DNA from: Salisapilia sapeloensis CBS 127946
Taxonomy: Eukaryota; Protista; Oomycota
DNA length: 64,000 nucleotides
Reading direction: 5' to 3'
Assembly: GCA_023334545.1 (NCBI GenBank)
Contig: JAADVB010000020.1
Coordinates: forward strand, 62,001-126,000
In this document: positions 29,801 through 40,515 of the stretch, in pieces
Layout: each line of letters begins with the position of its first letter
Position numbering within the stretch: the first letter of the stretch is position 1
The notes under the pieces: generated by a model
What the model was told of the DNA's origin: nothing
Seen by the model: only the letters and a program-made list of their open reading frames with translations
Databases searched by the model: none
Made by a program: the position numbers and the translations under genes

Positions 29801-31118
29801 GAATGCGCTCATTTTCACGCTCCTGCTTACGGCGTATGCCATAGTGCCGTAAGGAGCGTGTTATAATAATCGCTCCTTCATGCCTTCGAGCTTGCAGCAT
29901 TAGCAGCATCTTTTCTTGTTGCCGTCTCTGCTGAAGTCGAAATCTTCTTCTCATTTTCACCTCCTGGATAGCAAGACAACGCCGCCACCAGCATTGCAAG
30001 CATAATACACTGTTCGCGACCGCTAGAGCCCGCAGATCATCGATCCTGTGCTTCCATATATCCCAAGCTTGTATAAGAAACCGAAATCTTAGCTTTGTAC
30101 CGACTTCTCGAAGTCGTTCAGATGCTCTTTGTTGAGCCACAGAAGCACAATTCCCGAGACCAAAAGCATACACTACGTCCAATGGCAACCACTTTCGAAT
30201 GTCTTCTGTTACATGCTTGAGCTCCACGTTCGCTTTCTTCTCATAATCTTTAGCTTGCAACAACTTTCGCTCTAACTTATCACGAGCTCGTGCAATATTG
30301 CCATCAACTCCTGCTCTTCTTCTCTTGCAGGTAAGGTGTCCGTTAAGACCTTCCAACTGGCCATATGATGTAAATCTTATATTTCTATCTTCTATACTCA
30401 TCTGGATCCTTTCTGAACTCTGTTGCTTTCTGCTTATCCTCATAGACTCCATCTTCGTATTATTCACAAGGTCCTTTTCAGGGAGTTTTGGTTGCTTTGA
30501 AACTTCTGCCGTCCTCAGCAACGCTGTATTCATCGGCATATCAACTGCTTTCGATCCTGCTCTAATTGGTGATTGCTTACGCTGACGTCGTTTAAGTTTC
30601 CGATAGAATAGCTCCGTATCAAGTGTTGGATCATTTACGAGGTCTTCAATAGACTGTACTCTCTCTAGTTCCTCTTGTGATAATGTCGGTAGCTGAGCTA
30701 ACTTTCTCCTCGTTCGAGGTGTTACCATTTGCAGCAATGGATATGATGTTCGTGTGGCGGCTGGATGGTAGCTTTGGTCGTCATATTCTGTAGCTACTTG
30801 TTCTACGTCTTTAATAGCCCCCTCATCCATATTGTTTAAGCTTGGAGTTGGAGACTGTTGTTCAGGTTTTATCATAGCATCCAAAGACGAAGTTACCGCT
30901 ACATCTGAAGTATCTTCATCTTCTTCAAGTAACTGCTTGATAAAGAATGGTTTGTTTAGATACTGCTCTAGTGTCAGTCGCGTTGTACTTGGACCGTGGG
31001 TTCCTTCTCGACGTCTTTTGTGTCTGCTGTAATTGCCATTCATCTTATGCATCTTCTCGTTCGTTCCAAACGGATGAGGTTGGTGACAATAGGTATTTTC
31101 TTTCCGAAGCCTTGTCAT
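26832..31118 (-). CDS. Large IQ-motif repeat protein with p25alpha/TPPP-like segment, WW-like motif and three B-box zinc fingers
   Basis: Many IQxxWRG-type motifs; LTVQSVDVAFAKFKEPNVRTIPFQKFKAML (p25alpha-like); EYVNHRGRTVKYRHVRTGK (WW-like); three CxxC...CxxC...H..H B-boxes near the C-terminus. Confidence 0.85.
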   Translation of the reverse strand: MTRLRKENTYCHQPHPFGTNEKMHKMNGNYSRHKRRREGTHGPSTTRLTLEQYLNKPFFIKQLLEEDEDTSDVAVTSSLDAMIKPEQQSPTPSLNNMDEGAIKDVEQVATEYDDQSYHPAATRTSYPLLQMVTPRTRRKLAQLPTLSQEELERVQSIEDLVNDPTLDTELFYRKLKRRQRKQSPIRAGSKAVDMPMNTALLRTAEVSKQPKLPEKDLVNNTKMESMRISRKQQSSERIQMSIEDRNIRFTSYGQLEGLNGHLTCKRRRAGVDGNIARARDKLERKLLQAKDYEKKANVELKHVTEDIRKWLPLDVVYAFGLGNCASVAQQRASERLREVGTKLRFRFLIQAWDIWKHRIDDLRALAVANSVLCLQCWWRRCLAIQEVKMRRRFRLQQRRQQEKMLLMLQARRHEGAIIITRSLRHYGIRRKQERENERIHAATRLQRCWRCRQEFIAQLRSYLYKKKLYNAAMLIQTHVRIRQAQHKLRVLRDIRREKQRIAVLEATMTKWKKRMFYVKMVTKAQRCFQQWRMRKIRALKRRRALFEKDKRRVTIVQALFRGQKARKYALIHRQQVYWAVCTLQQVWRMHRAKKELNQRREWKKQKRYLRQTTAKTLASSSLKQTASKELKTKWNKMMVMKDKAIGNSGSKSVVYRCAVRIQSAWRGYQERRRLRRRRAREKELLRRANNRKRKASALCIQRYVRGVQGRRRAWDRVRHKHAIQIQKHWRGFHSRKRQHQMKFVARAFRKLIGMWKQQCDQAIIRLQGDAAKMLQKLARRYISRKIRRRLVQRHHLLSEQHAIGQALFIQSQQRLARELLLQSWIFPDVFVDEDATSGSPNKHKMKDRGRKSPKKARPDHFFHVDRKLYDRDESLSDRKWKRVGYHGIWQQVFLDISGGVAIVDGTRTARFLKSLPRNFVGRKGLTVQSVDVAFAKFKEPNVRTIPFQKFKAMLQLLLREKFGVSKSKISEDEDQNEDQYFIKFIQEFVLPSEPRGKKYKAALDTHCTDRLSWAVRILQRLAKRIQQRKDKARLLPLAKAEMEHLARVHAADAIKRKFRHFRFRTKYWAQLPRTFDEYVNHRGRTVKYRHVRTGKYVNYMPRMLHNVTCHKSIPIPFPGDEFQAMCMRHSIEDGNSASSVPIAKVYCIECDAAMCKECFVRDHDTSPLNGHKKRDILSCVHCRMSTSTRVCLQCGRGQVPYCDTCYVHVHKSPEEEDQDDAENDEPTTTLPMYRHKYEPLVVMCATCDLRVGQWYCEGCEEELCKRCLASTHARGHRVRHQCYRLNYYSIIKYEANKKARELLQKAEEDRQRKLKEEEAAIQREEALRQEMTTRIQATFRSYVSRKEAKRYVQLIRKTRAALGQRTKDDRTRNSIPYRVRKVFGLSPKLPSDTTEEIAAREQRIAYFKRVLLQLRQLPDAVKKANVGK

Positions 31119-31209
31119 CGTCGTGCAGTATGCTCGATCGGGTATCGAGGAAAAGTGCTACGGCATGAATGAGTGCGCTGGGTGTCTTTCAACATGTCTG
31201 GACAAAAAG

Positions 31210-31219
31210 CTATTTTTGG
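31210..31219. promoter_or_regulatory. CArG-like element CTATTTTTGG (reverse complement CCAAAAATAG) about 90 bp upstream of the IQ/B-box gene
   Basis: Matches the MADS-binding variant CC(A/T)7G. Confidence 0.25.
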
Positions 31220-32066
31220 ATAAATACAGAGATGACACAAGTTTGATGTTAAAATGACTACTTTAGCTGATGACAGTGGATAGAATCAAGCACTCTCCTA
31301 GCTCAATCCTCTTTTAGACTCGTGTACTGCTTTCAAATGCGAATGTGCTCGCTGCATTTACAATTAAATGGTAACGTATCGATGCTCTTTGTACTAGACT
31401 TGCAAGATACCTTGAAAGCATGGCCCACGCCACATCTAGCGAATAGAAATGGAGTTCCAATCAGGGGAAACTAGGCTACATCCATCTCTTTCTAAAAGAG
31501 CTTTGAACGCTTCTTGACGTAGTGATCCAGCTGCAATGGATCCTTTAATTAGTTCAATCAGATTCTTCTCGACTTTGCTTTTCTTGCGTAAGAATAACGA
31601 AATATTTTTGTAGGAATCTCAACCAACTTGTCCTTCGTAGCCTACTAGCATGCGCTGCATACGCTACACAAGTACCGTCAACGAATGAAGATTTAAGCTA
31701 GAAGAGCTGCTCATTAGATCAAGCTGCACATACCCCGATACAAAGTCTTCTGCAAGCGCAATCGGTGTCAAAGCAACTAGTACGATCTTCGTTGCTCAAT
31801 CAGAAATAAAAGTATTCTCAATCTACTTCATATGCTCATACAGTAGTACACCAGTAGTTGGATACAGATGCCTGAAATTTTAAAACAAAGATGCTTCCTC
31901 GACACACAGCGTCTACGACAATAAACGCACATGACATGGTAATACAGACTCATCCTACGACTAGTATATGCAGCAAAGGAATTTTATTGCCAATATACTG
32001 CATCTTCATCATTGCAAAGAAAATGATTTTTTCGTCTACGACCGATCCGTAGACACTTCGTACGTC

Positions 32067-32330
32067 TTAAGCGTGCGACTTGATCGGCTCGTACTCTTGG
32101 CGTCTTTGCGCGATCTTCCACGCCACCGCAGCAAGCACAACGACGGTGTCAACGGCGATGAAGCCCGCGAGGAGGTAAAGCCACAAGAACGGAATTGTCG
32201 TCGATTCTTCCTCATTGTCTTCCGCAGGAGAAGCAGTCTCATCCGCTTGTTCAGGAACAGCTTCTTGGCCCATCACCATCGCGATGAAAAGCATACTGAA
32301 TAAAGCGAAACGTAGCATCATTTTCTCCAT
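32067..32330 (-). CDS. Small type I single-pass membrane protein (signal peptide, acidic ectodomain, TM with Asp, YEPI tail)
   Basis: 87-aa ORF with hydrophobic signal (RFALFSMLFIAMVMG), TM LWLYLLAGFIAVDTVVVLAAVAW and a basic stop-transfer KIAQRR. Confidence 0.65.
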   Translation of the reverse strand: MEKMMLRFALFSMLFIAMVMGQEAVPEQADETASPAEDNEEESTTIPFLWLYLLAGFIAVDTVVVLAAVAWKIAQRRQEYEPIKSHA

Positions 32331-32406
32331 GTCTACTCGGATCTAATCTTCAAATGATTCCGATCAGGTACGGATCGAAAAATCTCAACTTCAAAAATCG
32401 GGATCA

Positions 32407-34041
32407 ATGCTCCAACGATTGCTACAGACCGAGGCACTTGAGGATCGGCATCGACAGCTCTTTCAGTATCGTGGGCTGACTACTTTACATCATGTAGTCC
32501 AGCGAACGAATTGGGAAGTTGCTCAAGCTGTCGATCTATCAGTGCCTGAACTCGAGGTACTGGAGTAGCTTTCGTGCGGATGGACGTTTTGTTAATACCG
32601 AAATGATAGCATTTGCTAGAGAAGCTTTCGATCCGATGCTCGCCCAAACCACAAAATGTTCATTTGCCTAGTTTATCCCTTTGTAGGCCATCCGAGACCA
32701 ATTGCATTTATATCATAGGCATTAGAACTCTATCTTGAGCGAGCGAATAACCCGACGTTTCTCCGTACTGGTCTCTCTGACCTAGACAAAGCTCTGTTTG
32801 GTGGAATCCAATGCGGACTATTGACAGAGGTCCCTGATAGCTCTGCCACTAGACGGCATGATCTAACGTCACTTTATAGATCGTTGGCGTCTCAGCTATG
32901 GGCAAAACGCAATGGGCACTAACACTCGTCGTGCTATGTGCACTCGAATATCCCCAGAAGACCATCCTGTATGTTGACACTGGCCATAACTTCCACGCAC
33001 AAAGGTATTCAATGCTCTTTAGCCACTTTAACATGACGTCTCATGCAGTTCAAAGACTGTACCAGATTGCATTGAGTCGAATCCGCCAGCGTAATGGTGA
33101 CGACTCGATCGAATCGGAACGAAAGGCGAGAGAGCTATGCAAACGTGTTCACGTCGTCCACATCACATCACTTCCACAGCTCCTTCGATTGTACATTCTG
33201 CTCTCCTATCATGCTGCTTTATAGCTTAATCACAGGAATAGATTGAAATCGCTAGAGGAGACGGTAAGGAAACTCGAGACGCAAGCAGTCGTCATTGACT
33301 CCTTTGCAAGTCTCTTCATGAAGGTAGAAGCAATCAACACCACGTATATACAAGTACTTATGGTCGCTCTTATAGTCGGATCAGACGCTCCAGCAGAGAG
33401 ACCAACTACTCCAGCGCGTTGGACACGATCTAAAGTACTACTTTCCATCCAAATAAAAACACTCGGCTAAGTCGTCTTTAGGTCCATCGCAGACACGTAC
33501 AAAAACTTTATAATCGTCACGAACCTAGCATCGACCGTCGATGATGAACGTACAAATGCCTATGCTTCCATCCTTACCTGGAGCTAAACGAAGTGTAGGA
33601 GGAATCTACACTCGACCATCACTTGGTGACGTCTGGACGAAGTGCATTAACACTCGAGTATCTCTCTTTCCACTCTTTATTCACACACATCTCACCTCCA
33701 AGTAGATCATTCTAGAGCGATACGTCTCCCATCGAGTCCTCACTATCGCCACTACCTTTGCCCCCATCACACAACCGTTCACTATCGAGGTAACCATCTA
33801 TCTCCCACGTCCTAACTCCCACTCACACCTACTCAAGGATAGTGGCATCATCCCCATGGACCATACAGAAAACCCGAGTAGTCAATTCAGTATCCCCGAC
33901 GAACTCCTCGAAAACCATCTCCTAGCACTCGACGGCCTTCCATCCGTCGACCCAGGCTGCACGCTTCGTTCAACGCAACAGAGCTCAACGCCTGCTTCCC
34001 CACTTTTTGACCTCGTAGCCGAGTCGGAGGAAGACGAGTAA
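32407..34041 (+). CDS. RAD51B: RAD51 paralogue, most like RAD51B; about 9 short introns
   Basis: Spliced product includes HLLEKLSIRCSPKPQN|ALEL..FLRTGLSDLDKALFGGIQCGLLTE|IVGVSAMGKT (Walker A), VVIDSFA (Walker B) and LGDVWTKCINTR|IILE...FTIE|DSGI. Confidence 0.8.
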
Positions 34042-34113
34042 GATGAACAAAATAAAGTCACCGGGAAAGATGTTTCTCATGTTTAACCGCCGTGTCTACT
34101 AAAGACATTCAAC

Positions 34114-34606
34114 TTAAGCCTTGAGGGAGTACCGGCGCTTGGGGAAGTTGGCCTCCTTCTTCTGCTGGCGGAGCGTCTTGATCGAACGCTCGTGGGCAGT
34201 GAGCTGACGACGCATGGCACGCGTCTTCTTGCGGCGCAAGTCCAACGGGACGTGCTTCTTGCTGCCGTAAAGCTCACGGAGCTCGGCCTTGTGGTTCTGG
34301 TTGTACACCGTCAAGACACGAGCGATCTGCTTGCGCACGATGCTGATCTTGGCAAGCTTGGAGGCAGCGCCACCAATCACCTTGGCCACGCGGAGCTACA
34401 TAGACTTATTAATATACTACATAGACAAGTTTGCAAGGCTAGGCTCGTACCTGAGCAAGCTCCTGCTGGTAGTCATCGAGGATGCGAAGGAGTTCTTCCT
34501 TGTCCTTGGAACGGAGCTCGTGGGCTTTCATGTGCTGGGCTGCATATGTACGTTAGAATACCGTCATTTGGATGAGAAGGGGATGCAATACAAAGGACAT
34601 ACACAT
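34114..34606 (-). CDS. RPL35: 60S ribosomal protein L35 (uL29), 3 exons, first coding exon only ATGT
   Basis: Exons 34606-34603, 34539-34451 and 34395-34114 give [18 protein letters not shown]...ELAQ|LRVAKV...IARVLTV...[14 protein letters not shown]. Confidence 0.97.
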
Positions 34607-34685
34607 CGTTCTTGTCTACTAGCGGCTTCCTTCCCGACGTTTGATTGCTATGTAGAGCTGTTGGCTGGGACTGATTCGAGTTGAA

Positions 34686-34759
34686 CGACCTTCGGGCGAC
34701 CTCCCGAGAGTGTTGGAGATGGCAAAGCCAATCAATTCCAAGCGACCTTCGAGCGACCT
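34686..34759. promoter_or_regulatory. Duplicated 17-bp element (CGACCTTCG(G/A)GCGACCT) flanking a CCAAT box upstream of RPL35
   Basis: Copies at 34686-34702 and 34743-34759, each with two CGACCT hexamers 11 bp apart; CCAAT at 34728-34732. Confidence 0.5.
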
Positions 34760-34906
34760 TAGAACCGATAATAGCTCTACGTAGGGTTTCCATGTCGGAT
34801 ACAGGTGGAGCATTAGGTTGGATGTTGATGCAGCATAAGACACGAGAGTGGTGCATAAGTTTGTATTAAAGTAGTTTAGTTCGAATGGAAGGTTGGAATA
34901 TGAATG

Positions 34907-35870
34907 CTAAGCAACGGCAGTGACTGTGGCATCACTTGTCTGGAGGATGTCCAAGCCAGAGTTGTCGAAAGCTACTGCTGGACACTCGATGGACATTTTA
35001 TTCGTGGTAGACTCTGTTTCAACTGGGACGATGATACTGGGAGCGATCATACTCACAAGAAGTTCGCCTTGTTTTAGTGGATTCACTGCTTCCAATGCTT
35101 CTCCACTGACGCTGTTGATCGCTTCCAACGTCACAGTATTAAAGTTCTGGAAACCGTTGCGAGCAGCTTGGATGCGTGGGTGGTACAGTATATACAATGC
35201 AACTTGTATAATACCGAGTGATAGGTTCACTGTCCCCGGCACTACCAGCATCAAGTCATCTACCAAGAGTCCATAGATTGCCCACAAAGCGTTATTTACG
35301 GTGCCGACCATGCACATTAGAATAGGAATGGACTCGGACGACTTTGATTTGAGGACTTCCGACATTTGCGCGAATGGGGATGCGTACATGATCAAACTGG
35401 ATGCAATGGACACGTATCCAAGCGTGGAGCCAACGAATTCGACGGTTGTACCAAGTAAAAGCGACTTGCCGAGTACTCCAAAGGCCGTAGCAAGAAGAAC
35501 ACACATGAGAGCAGCTGAACAATAGTACTTTGCTGTTCTCTTCTCCGTCGTATACCGATAGTAGATCACCAGGAAGAAAATACTAAATACGTTTCCAACA
35601 GCATTGGTCGTAAAGAGAGGGAAATATGCATCAGTTACGTATCCATACGTCATCCTGCAGCACTCCCATTAGACTACATTCGGTACTTTATCAGACACAA
35701 TGAGCTTACCACATATGACTGCAAACCCATAACGAAGCAAGTGGAGCAATGGAAGCTTGTCCAACTTGCTTGTGTTTGTGGATTTTGTACACTGCTGTGG
35801 TAGGACTCAAGCTCATGTAGGTGGATGAGATTGCGACGATCACGCGTAGTATGTCCGTAAAGAGCTCCAT
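34907..35870 (-). CDS. SWEET: SWEET/MtN3 sugar transporter, 2 exons
   Basis: ATG at 35870, intron 35709-35655. MSLSPTTAVYKIHKHKQVG, TNAVG, MYASPFAQMSEVLKSKSSESIP and LVVPGTVN; seven TM segments plus tail. Confidence 0.92.
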
Positions 35871-36556
35871 CCTAGATTCGCGTATAAGGGTAGCTTGAAT
35901 GACGCGATGACAGGCGATGCAGCACACACGGGTCTTCTCAGCCGGTACGTCCGACTGCTGTGGGTCGTTTATAAATGGAAACTTGATCAGAAAGACCAAC
36001 CGTCAAGGTGCGAGTGGCCAAAGCCTACGTTGCTAAATTTGTCTTCTCGGCATAAGTACAGTCAAAGATAAAACTGAACGGCTCGTCAAAGCACCAAAAA
36101 TAGATATATGTATTCAGCCATCACTAGCTTCTAATGCTTGGAGGTAGCAAGTCTTCAAGAGACATCTAGTGCCAAAGATCAGATTCATCGCCTACAGCGT
36201 ATCCGTTCGAGACTTGGCATCACGCTCGATAAGATCAGAAATACCACTAGATGAGCGATTCACAAGGATTACACACCACGTATACCACCAAGTCGACCTC
36301 GCAACAAGTATCATATACAGTTTTCTTTTAAAATTTCTAAATGAACTGATCGAGGATGCATCTAATCGGCCACTGAAGACACTCAAGTTGAGATTTCCGA
36401 TTGCGTCAACTTCAGTTTCCATAACTTTTATTGGCTGTAATTTCTTTTTACTCTCACGGATTGGACAAAATTTCGTTGGACCAGCGAGTTTTATCACGTT
36501 TCGAGTCCATTCCGACTTTTACTAGCAGGTGGCTACAGCTTCGGGAAGTACTTGAA

Positions 36557-38071
36557 ATGTCGACTGATGAAGATTTACGCGACGGTCACTCGGCCAAAGA
36601 GCTCTTTGTGAAAAGCAACAAAGGATCTGGATACACGTACGATGACATGATCCTCCTCCCAGGTCACATCGACTTTGGTGTCGATGCTGTCAAGCTCGAG
36701 ACGAAAATCTCGCGTAACATTTCGCTACGTCTGCCTCTTGTCAGTTCGCCCATGGACACGGTGACGGAGCACCAGATGGCCATTGGCATGGCTTTGCACG
36801 GTGGCATTGGTGTCATCCACTACAACATGACTATCGAGGAACAAGCCAAGGAAGTGGAGCTCGTCAAGAAATTCAAGAACGGGTTCATCACCAACCCGAA
36901 GGTCCTGTCGCCAGAGTCCACGCTCGAAGACGTCGACCGTATTAAGGAAGAGTTTGGCTTTGCCGGTATCCCCATCACCGAGTCCGGTAAGGTCGGCAGC
37001 AAGCTTGTCGGCATCGTTAGCAACCGTGACATTGATTTCATCGAGGACCGTTCGACTATGCTCAAGGAAGTCATGTCGACCGACTTGATCACTGCTCCGG
37101 AAGGCGTGTCGCTCACGGAAGCCAACAAGATTCTGAAGGAGAGCAAGAAGGGAAAGCTTCCGATCGTGAACAAGGACGGCTGCTTCGTCTCGCTTATCTC
37201 TCGTCGCGATTTAGTTAAGAACCGTGACTTCCCCAACGCCTCTAAGGATGCCAACAAGCAGCTCTTGGTCGGTGCTGCCATCGGCACGAGGCTTAAGGAC
37301 CGCGATCGCTGCACTCGTCTCGTCGAAGCTGGTGTCAACCTCATCGTCATTGACTCGTCCCAAGGCAACTCGGTCTTCCAGATCGACTTGATCAAATGGA
37401 TCAAGGAAAACCACCCGCAAGTGGACGTCGTCGGCGGCAACGTCGTCACGCGTGCGCAGTGCAAGGCCCTGATTGACGCTGGTGCTGACGGCCTCAAGGT
37501 CGGTATGGGTGTCGGATCGATCTGTACCACACAGGAGGTCTGTGCCGTCGGCCGTGCCCAAGCGTCTGCCGTCTACAACACGTCTCGTTACGCTCGTCAG
37601 TTCGGTGTACCAGTGATTGCGGACGGTGGCATCGGTAGCTCTGGCCACATCATCAAGGCTCTGTGCGTTGGTGCGTCCATGGTCATGTGCGGATCGCTTC
37701 TTGCCGGTACGGAGGAAGCTCCTGGCCAATACTTCTTCCAGGACGGCATGCGTCTGAAGAAGTACCGTGGCATGGGCTCTTTGGAAGCCATGGACCACGG
37801 TTCTTCCAAGCGTTACTTTGCCCACGCCGCTAGCGTCAAGGTCGCACAGGGTGTGAGCGGCTCGGTCGTGGACAAAGGATCGCTCAAGAAGTACCTTCCG
37901 TACTTGCAACAGAGTGTCATGCACGGTCTCCAGGACCTTGGTCGACAGAGCCTCGCCTTAGTGCACGAAGCATTGGAGAACGAGGAACTTCGCTTTGAAG
38001 TCCGTACGCCAGCCGCCCAGCGCGAGGGCAGCGTCCACGGTCTGTACTCGTATGAGAAACGTCTGTACTAA
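36557..38071 (+). CDS. IMPDH: Inosine-5'-monophosphate dehydrogenase with CBS subdomain
   Basis: [26 protein letters not shown], catalytic [18 protein letters not shown] and KYRGMGS. ATG at 36557. Confidence 0.98.
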   Translation: MSTDEDLRDGHSAKELFVKSNKGSGYTYDDMILLPGHIDFGVDAVKLETKISRNISLRLPLVSSPMDTVTEHQMAIGMALHGGIGVIHYNMTIEEQAKEVELVKKFKNGFITNPKVLSPESTLEDVDRIKEEFGFAGIPITESGKVGSKLVGIVSNRDIDFIEDRSTMLKEVMSTDLITAPEGVSLTEANKILKESKKGKLPIVNKDGCFVSLISRRDLVKNRDFPNASKDANKQLLVGAAIGTRLKDRDRCTRLVEAGVNLIVIDSSQGNSVFQIDLIKWIKENHPQVDVVGGNVVTRAQCKALIDAGADGLKVGMGVGSICTTQEVCAVGRAQASAVYNTSRYARQFGVPVIADGGIGSSGHIIKALCVGASMVMCGSLLAGTEEAPGQYFFQDGMRLKKYRGMGSLEAMDHGSSKRYFAHAASVKVAQGVSGSVVDKGSLKKYLPYLQQSVMHGLQDLGRQSLALVHEALENEELRFEVRTPAAQREGSVHGLYSYEKRLY

Positions 38072-38192
38072 GGACATGAAGTAGGAAACATGGCCACACG
38101 TCACTCTTAGAATGTTTTTCTTTGTTTTGTAACATGACTTTTTGAACTCTTGCTTTGCTTCTTGTCTTGCGTGATGCTGCCAAATTCTTGCG

Positions 38193-39200
38193 TTATAAAG
38201 CACTTAGTGGAAACTTGTTCTGGAACGGCTCGAAGCGGGAGACAGTCGATACGATGCAGTTCGAGACAGCATCCGGGTCTTCCAACACGCTCAGATGACC
38301 GACGTTCGGAATACGGTCCATGGCGTCGTAGATGTGAGGGAACTTGTTCTTGATCGGATCAAAGATCGTCCGTTTCTGGTAGATCGGAGAGTTGGCACCG
38401 CCGTAGAAGATGATGGGGCATTGCGGCCGAGCAAAGTCATCGGGTGTCATCATGAGATGTTTGCTCGAGTAGAAACCACACTCCTGCTCTGGGGTACATG
38501 CAAGCACGACGGTTTGATCGTTCGGATCGTCATTCTTTTTCACGACAGCTCCCTTGACGTATCCTGCCAAGGCTTCTGGATGCCACTTGGAAAAGTACTT
38601 GTATGAAGCAAAGTACTTCTGTGCAGCTTCTCTTGATTCCCTGTATTGATGTCAGATATGATAAGTATATGATGTACATGTGGATTGTACGCACCATTCA
38701 CGACGACGTTGCAATGTGACTTGGATGTACATGTCTTTAACGGCATTGGTCTTTTCCTCCACTTTGTGGTGACTCATAGGCTCGAAAAGGACAAGTCCAT
38801 CGAACGTGCCGGGATGATTGACTTCAGTTTGCCACAAGGAAGCAGCACCGAGCGAGTGCCCGATCCCAATAAAGGATCGACGTAGACATCCTTGGTTGTC
38901 ATCTTCCGCCCACATTTCACAGATCTTGTCGTACAGCTCGACAGGGCCCCACTGAGGATAGTTATTCGCTGGGTGCTTGATACGCAGGTGCTTTCCATTC
39001 TCATAGTACTTTTCGCTCGGCGTCGAATTGTCACGGCGGTCTCCATGATACGAAAAAGTGAATGCCATGAACTCGACAGAGGATGCATCGGACAGTTCCG
39101 GAGATTCTTGCAGCCTGCGAATAACAGGCTCCCAGACTTCTGCACACAGACCAGCTGCATGGCAGAATAGGAACACGACAGACCGCGGCTGAGAGACCAT
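38193..39200 (-). CDS. Alpha/beta-hydrolase (Abhydrolase_6/S33-like), 2 exons
   Basis: FCHAAG oxyanion, GHSLG nucleophile elbow, GHL His; intron 38694-38641. Confidence 0.88.
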
Positions 39201-39699
39201 ACTTCGGAGGTACGAGGGGAAATGATGTGTTCACGCATACCAACAGCTTCAAGTTCATCTACAACCTGATTGGCCAAACGGTGACATGGCTACATTACGT
39301 ACTATCTTGCACCTGTGCCACGAAAGGTCGTACGTGTCCTCTCGCCCCAATCCTGTTTTGCCTGCCCCATGTCCGTTTCATTCGCAATTGATACGGACAA
39401 CGGTGAAATTTCTCTTGTATGTGGGTGTGCAGCAAGTCTGGCGACAAGGAGGTGACTTGTAGGAGCAAAGAGACGGGGCCGCTGGCGAGCTGGGCGCTGA
39501 CGCTAGTTATAGCGCACCTTTGTAGCAGTACAATAGCCTCCTAGAAGGTAGTAGGCGGCAAATAGTCATCCTGGAAGCATTCAGAACCTTTCTTGTATCT
39601 CTGATAAGCCTAGAATCGACGAAGTCGTTCTGTCATAAGCGCTTTTCTATCTCCGGCGCCATTCGGACAAACCGACTATTACCTGACCGCACACCTACA

Positions 39700-40422
39700 A
39701 TGCAAAGCCTCTCTCATCTTTTTGAACTACCAACGGCAGCACGATCGCAGATGCGATTGAGACAACCCCAACGACTTAAAGAGGGGCACGAGCACACTTT
39801 GGACTCGATGGAGCGACTTTCCGGTGCAACCATATTGCTACAGAGGGACGAGTCCTCTTTGAGTCAGCTACAGGACGATACCGAGTATTCAGATTATTTA
39901 TGTGCATCTTTAAGCAGCCATCAGATTTGCGAAGACAATGTCGTGTACTACGAAATGGAAATGCGTCTAAACCAGAGTTCTTGGAAAATATACCGTCGCT
40001 ATTCCGAGTTCCGAGCCATACGACGTCAGCTTCTGCATCTACTACAAAAGTCTCCGAAGGATGCACTCCAGTGCTCTATATGCGCGCACATTTTCGACTC
40101 CCTGCGCTCAATACCATTTCCTTCTCGAAGTGACACTTGGGTTTGGCCGAAACTCTGTTTATTTCAAACTTACACATCTAAACGGACATCCAAGCAACGA
40201 GCGATCATCCTCAATCGACAAGAGAAGCTTCAGAAATTTGCAAACTTGGCACTTTGTGTTGTCCGGGAGCTTCGACAACATCAACGCATCCTACAAAGCA
40301 GCTCAGACTGCCAAGTTATTCGGTGTCTCATGTCATTGGAAGAATTTTTCGGCATCACCTACGACAGATACTCGATGTTCCTGCATGAACGAGGGCTGAC
40401 ACCCACCACTCAAGCAGCATGA
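39700..40422 (+). CDS. PX (Phox) domain protein
   Basis: VVYYEMEMRLNQSSWKIYRRYSEFRAIR ... FPSR ... ILNRQEKLQKF. Confidence 0.8.
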   Translation: MQSLSHLFELPTAARSQMRLRQPQRLKEGHEHTLDSMERLSGATILLQRDESSLSQLQDDTEYSDYLCASLSSHQICEDNVVYYEMEMRLNQSSWKIYRRYSEFRAIRRQLLHLLQKSPKDALQCSICAHIFDSLRSIPFPSRSDTWVWPKLCLFQTYTSKRTSKQRAIILNRQEKLQKFANLALCVVRELRQHQRILQSSSDCQVIRCLMSLEEFFGITYDRYSMFLHERGLTPTTQAA

Positions 40423-40515
40423 TACCCTAGAAAGTATATCTGTTACCATAGAAACTACACTTCAAATAGATGTGTATCCAACCACTGCTTTGTTTCCACC
40501 TTTATTCGTTCATGT

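Noticed and set aside
32067-32330. Small signal-peptide protein as an RXLR or CRN effector
   Set aside because: No RXLR-dEER or LFLAK motif, and it has a TM anchor.
34192-34575. 127-aa plus-strand ORF over RPL35
   Set aside because: Antisense shadow crossing RPL35 introns.
36169-36525. 118-aa and 101-aa overlapping ORFs upstream of IMPDH
   Set aside because: They lie in the SWEET/IMPDH divergent promoter, use non-ATG starts or lack motifs, and are likely spurious.
36820-37924. Two antisense ORFs of about 236 aa over IMPDH
   Set aside because: Same codon-bias shadow effect (C-ending codons remove antisense stops).
39221-39270. ATGATG...CTGA resembling a box C/D snoRNA
   Set aside because: Imperfect C box, too short, no terminal stem, and it overlaps the hydrolase promoter/CCAAT region.
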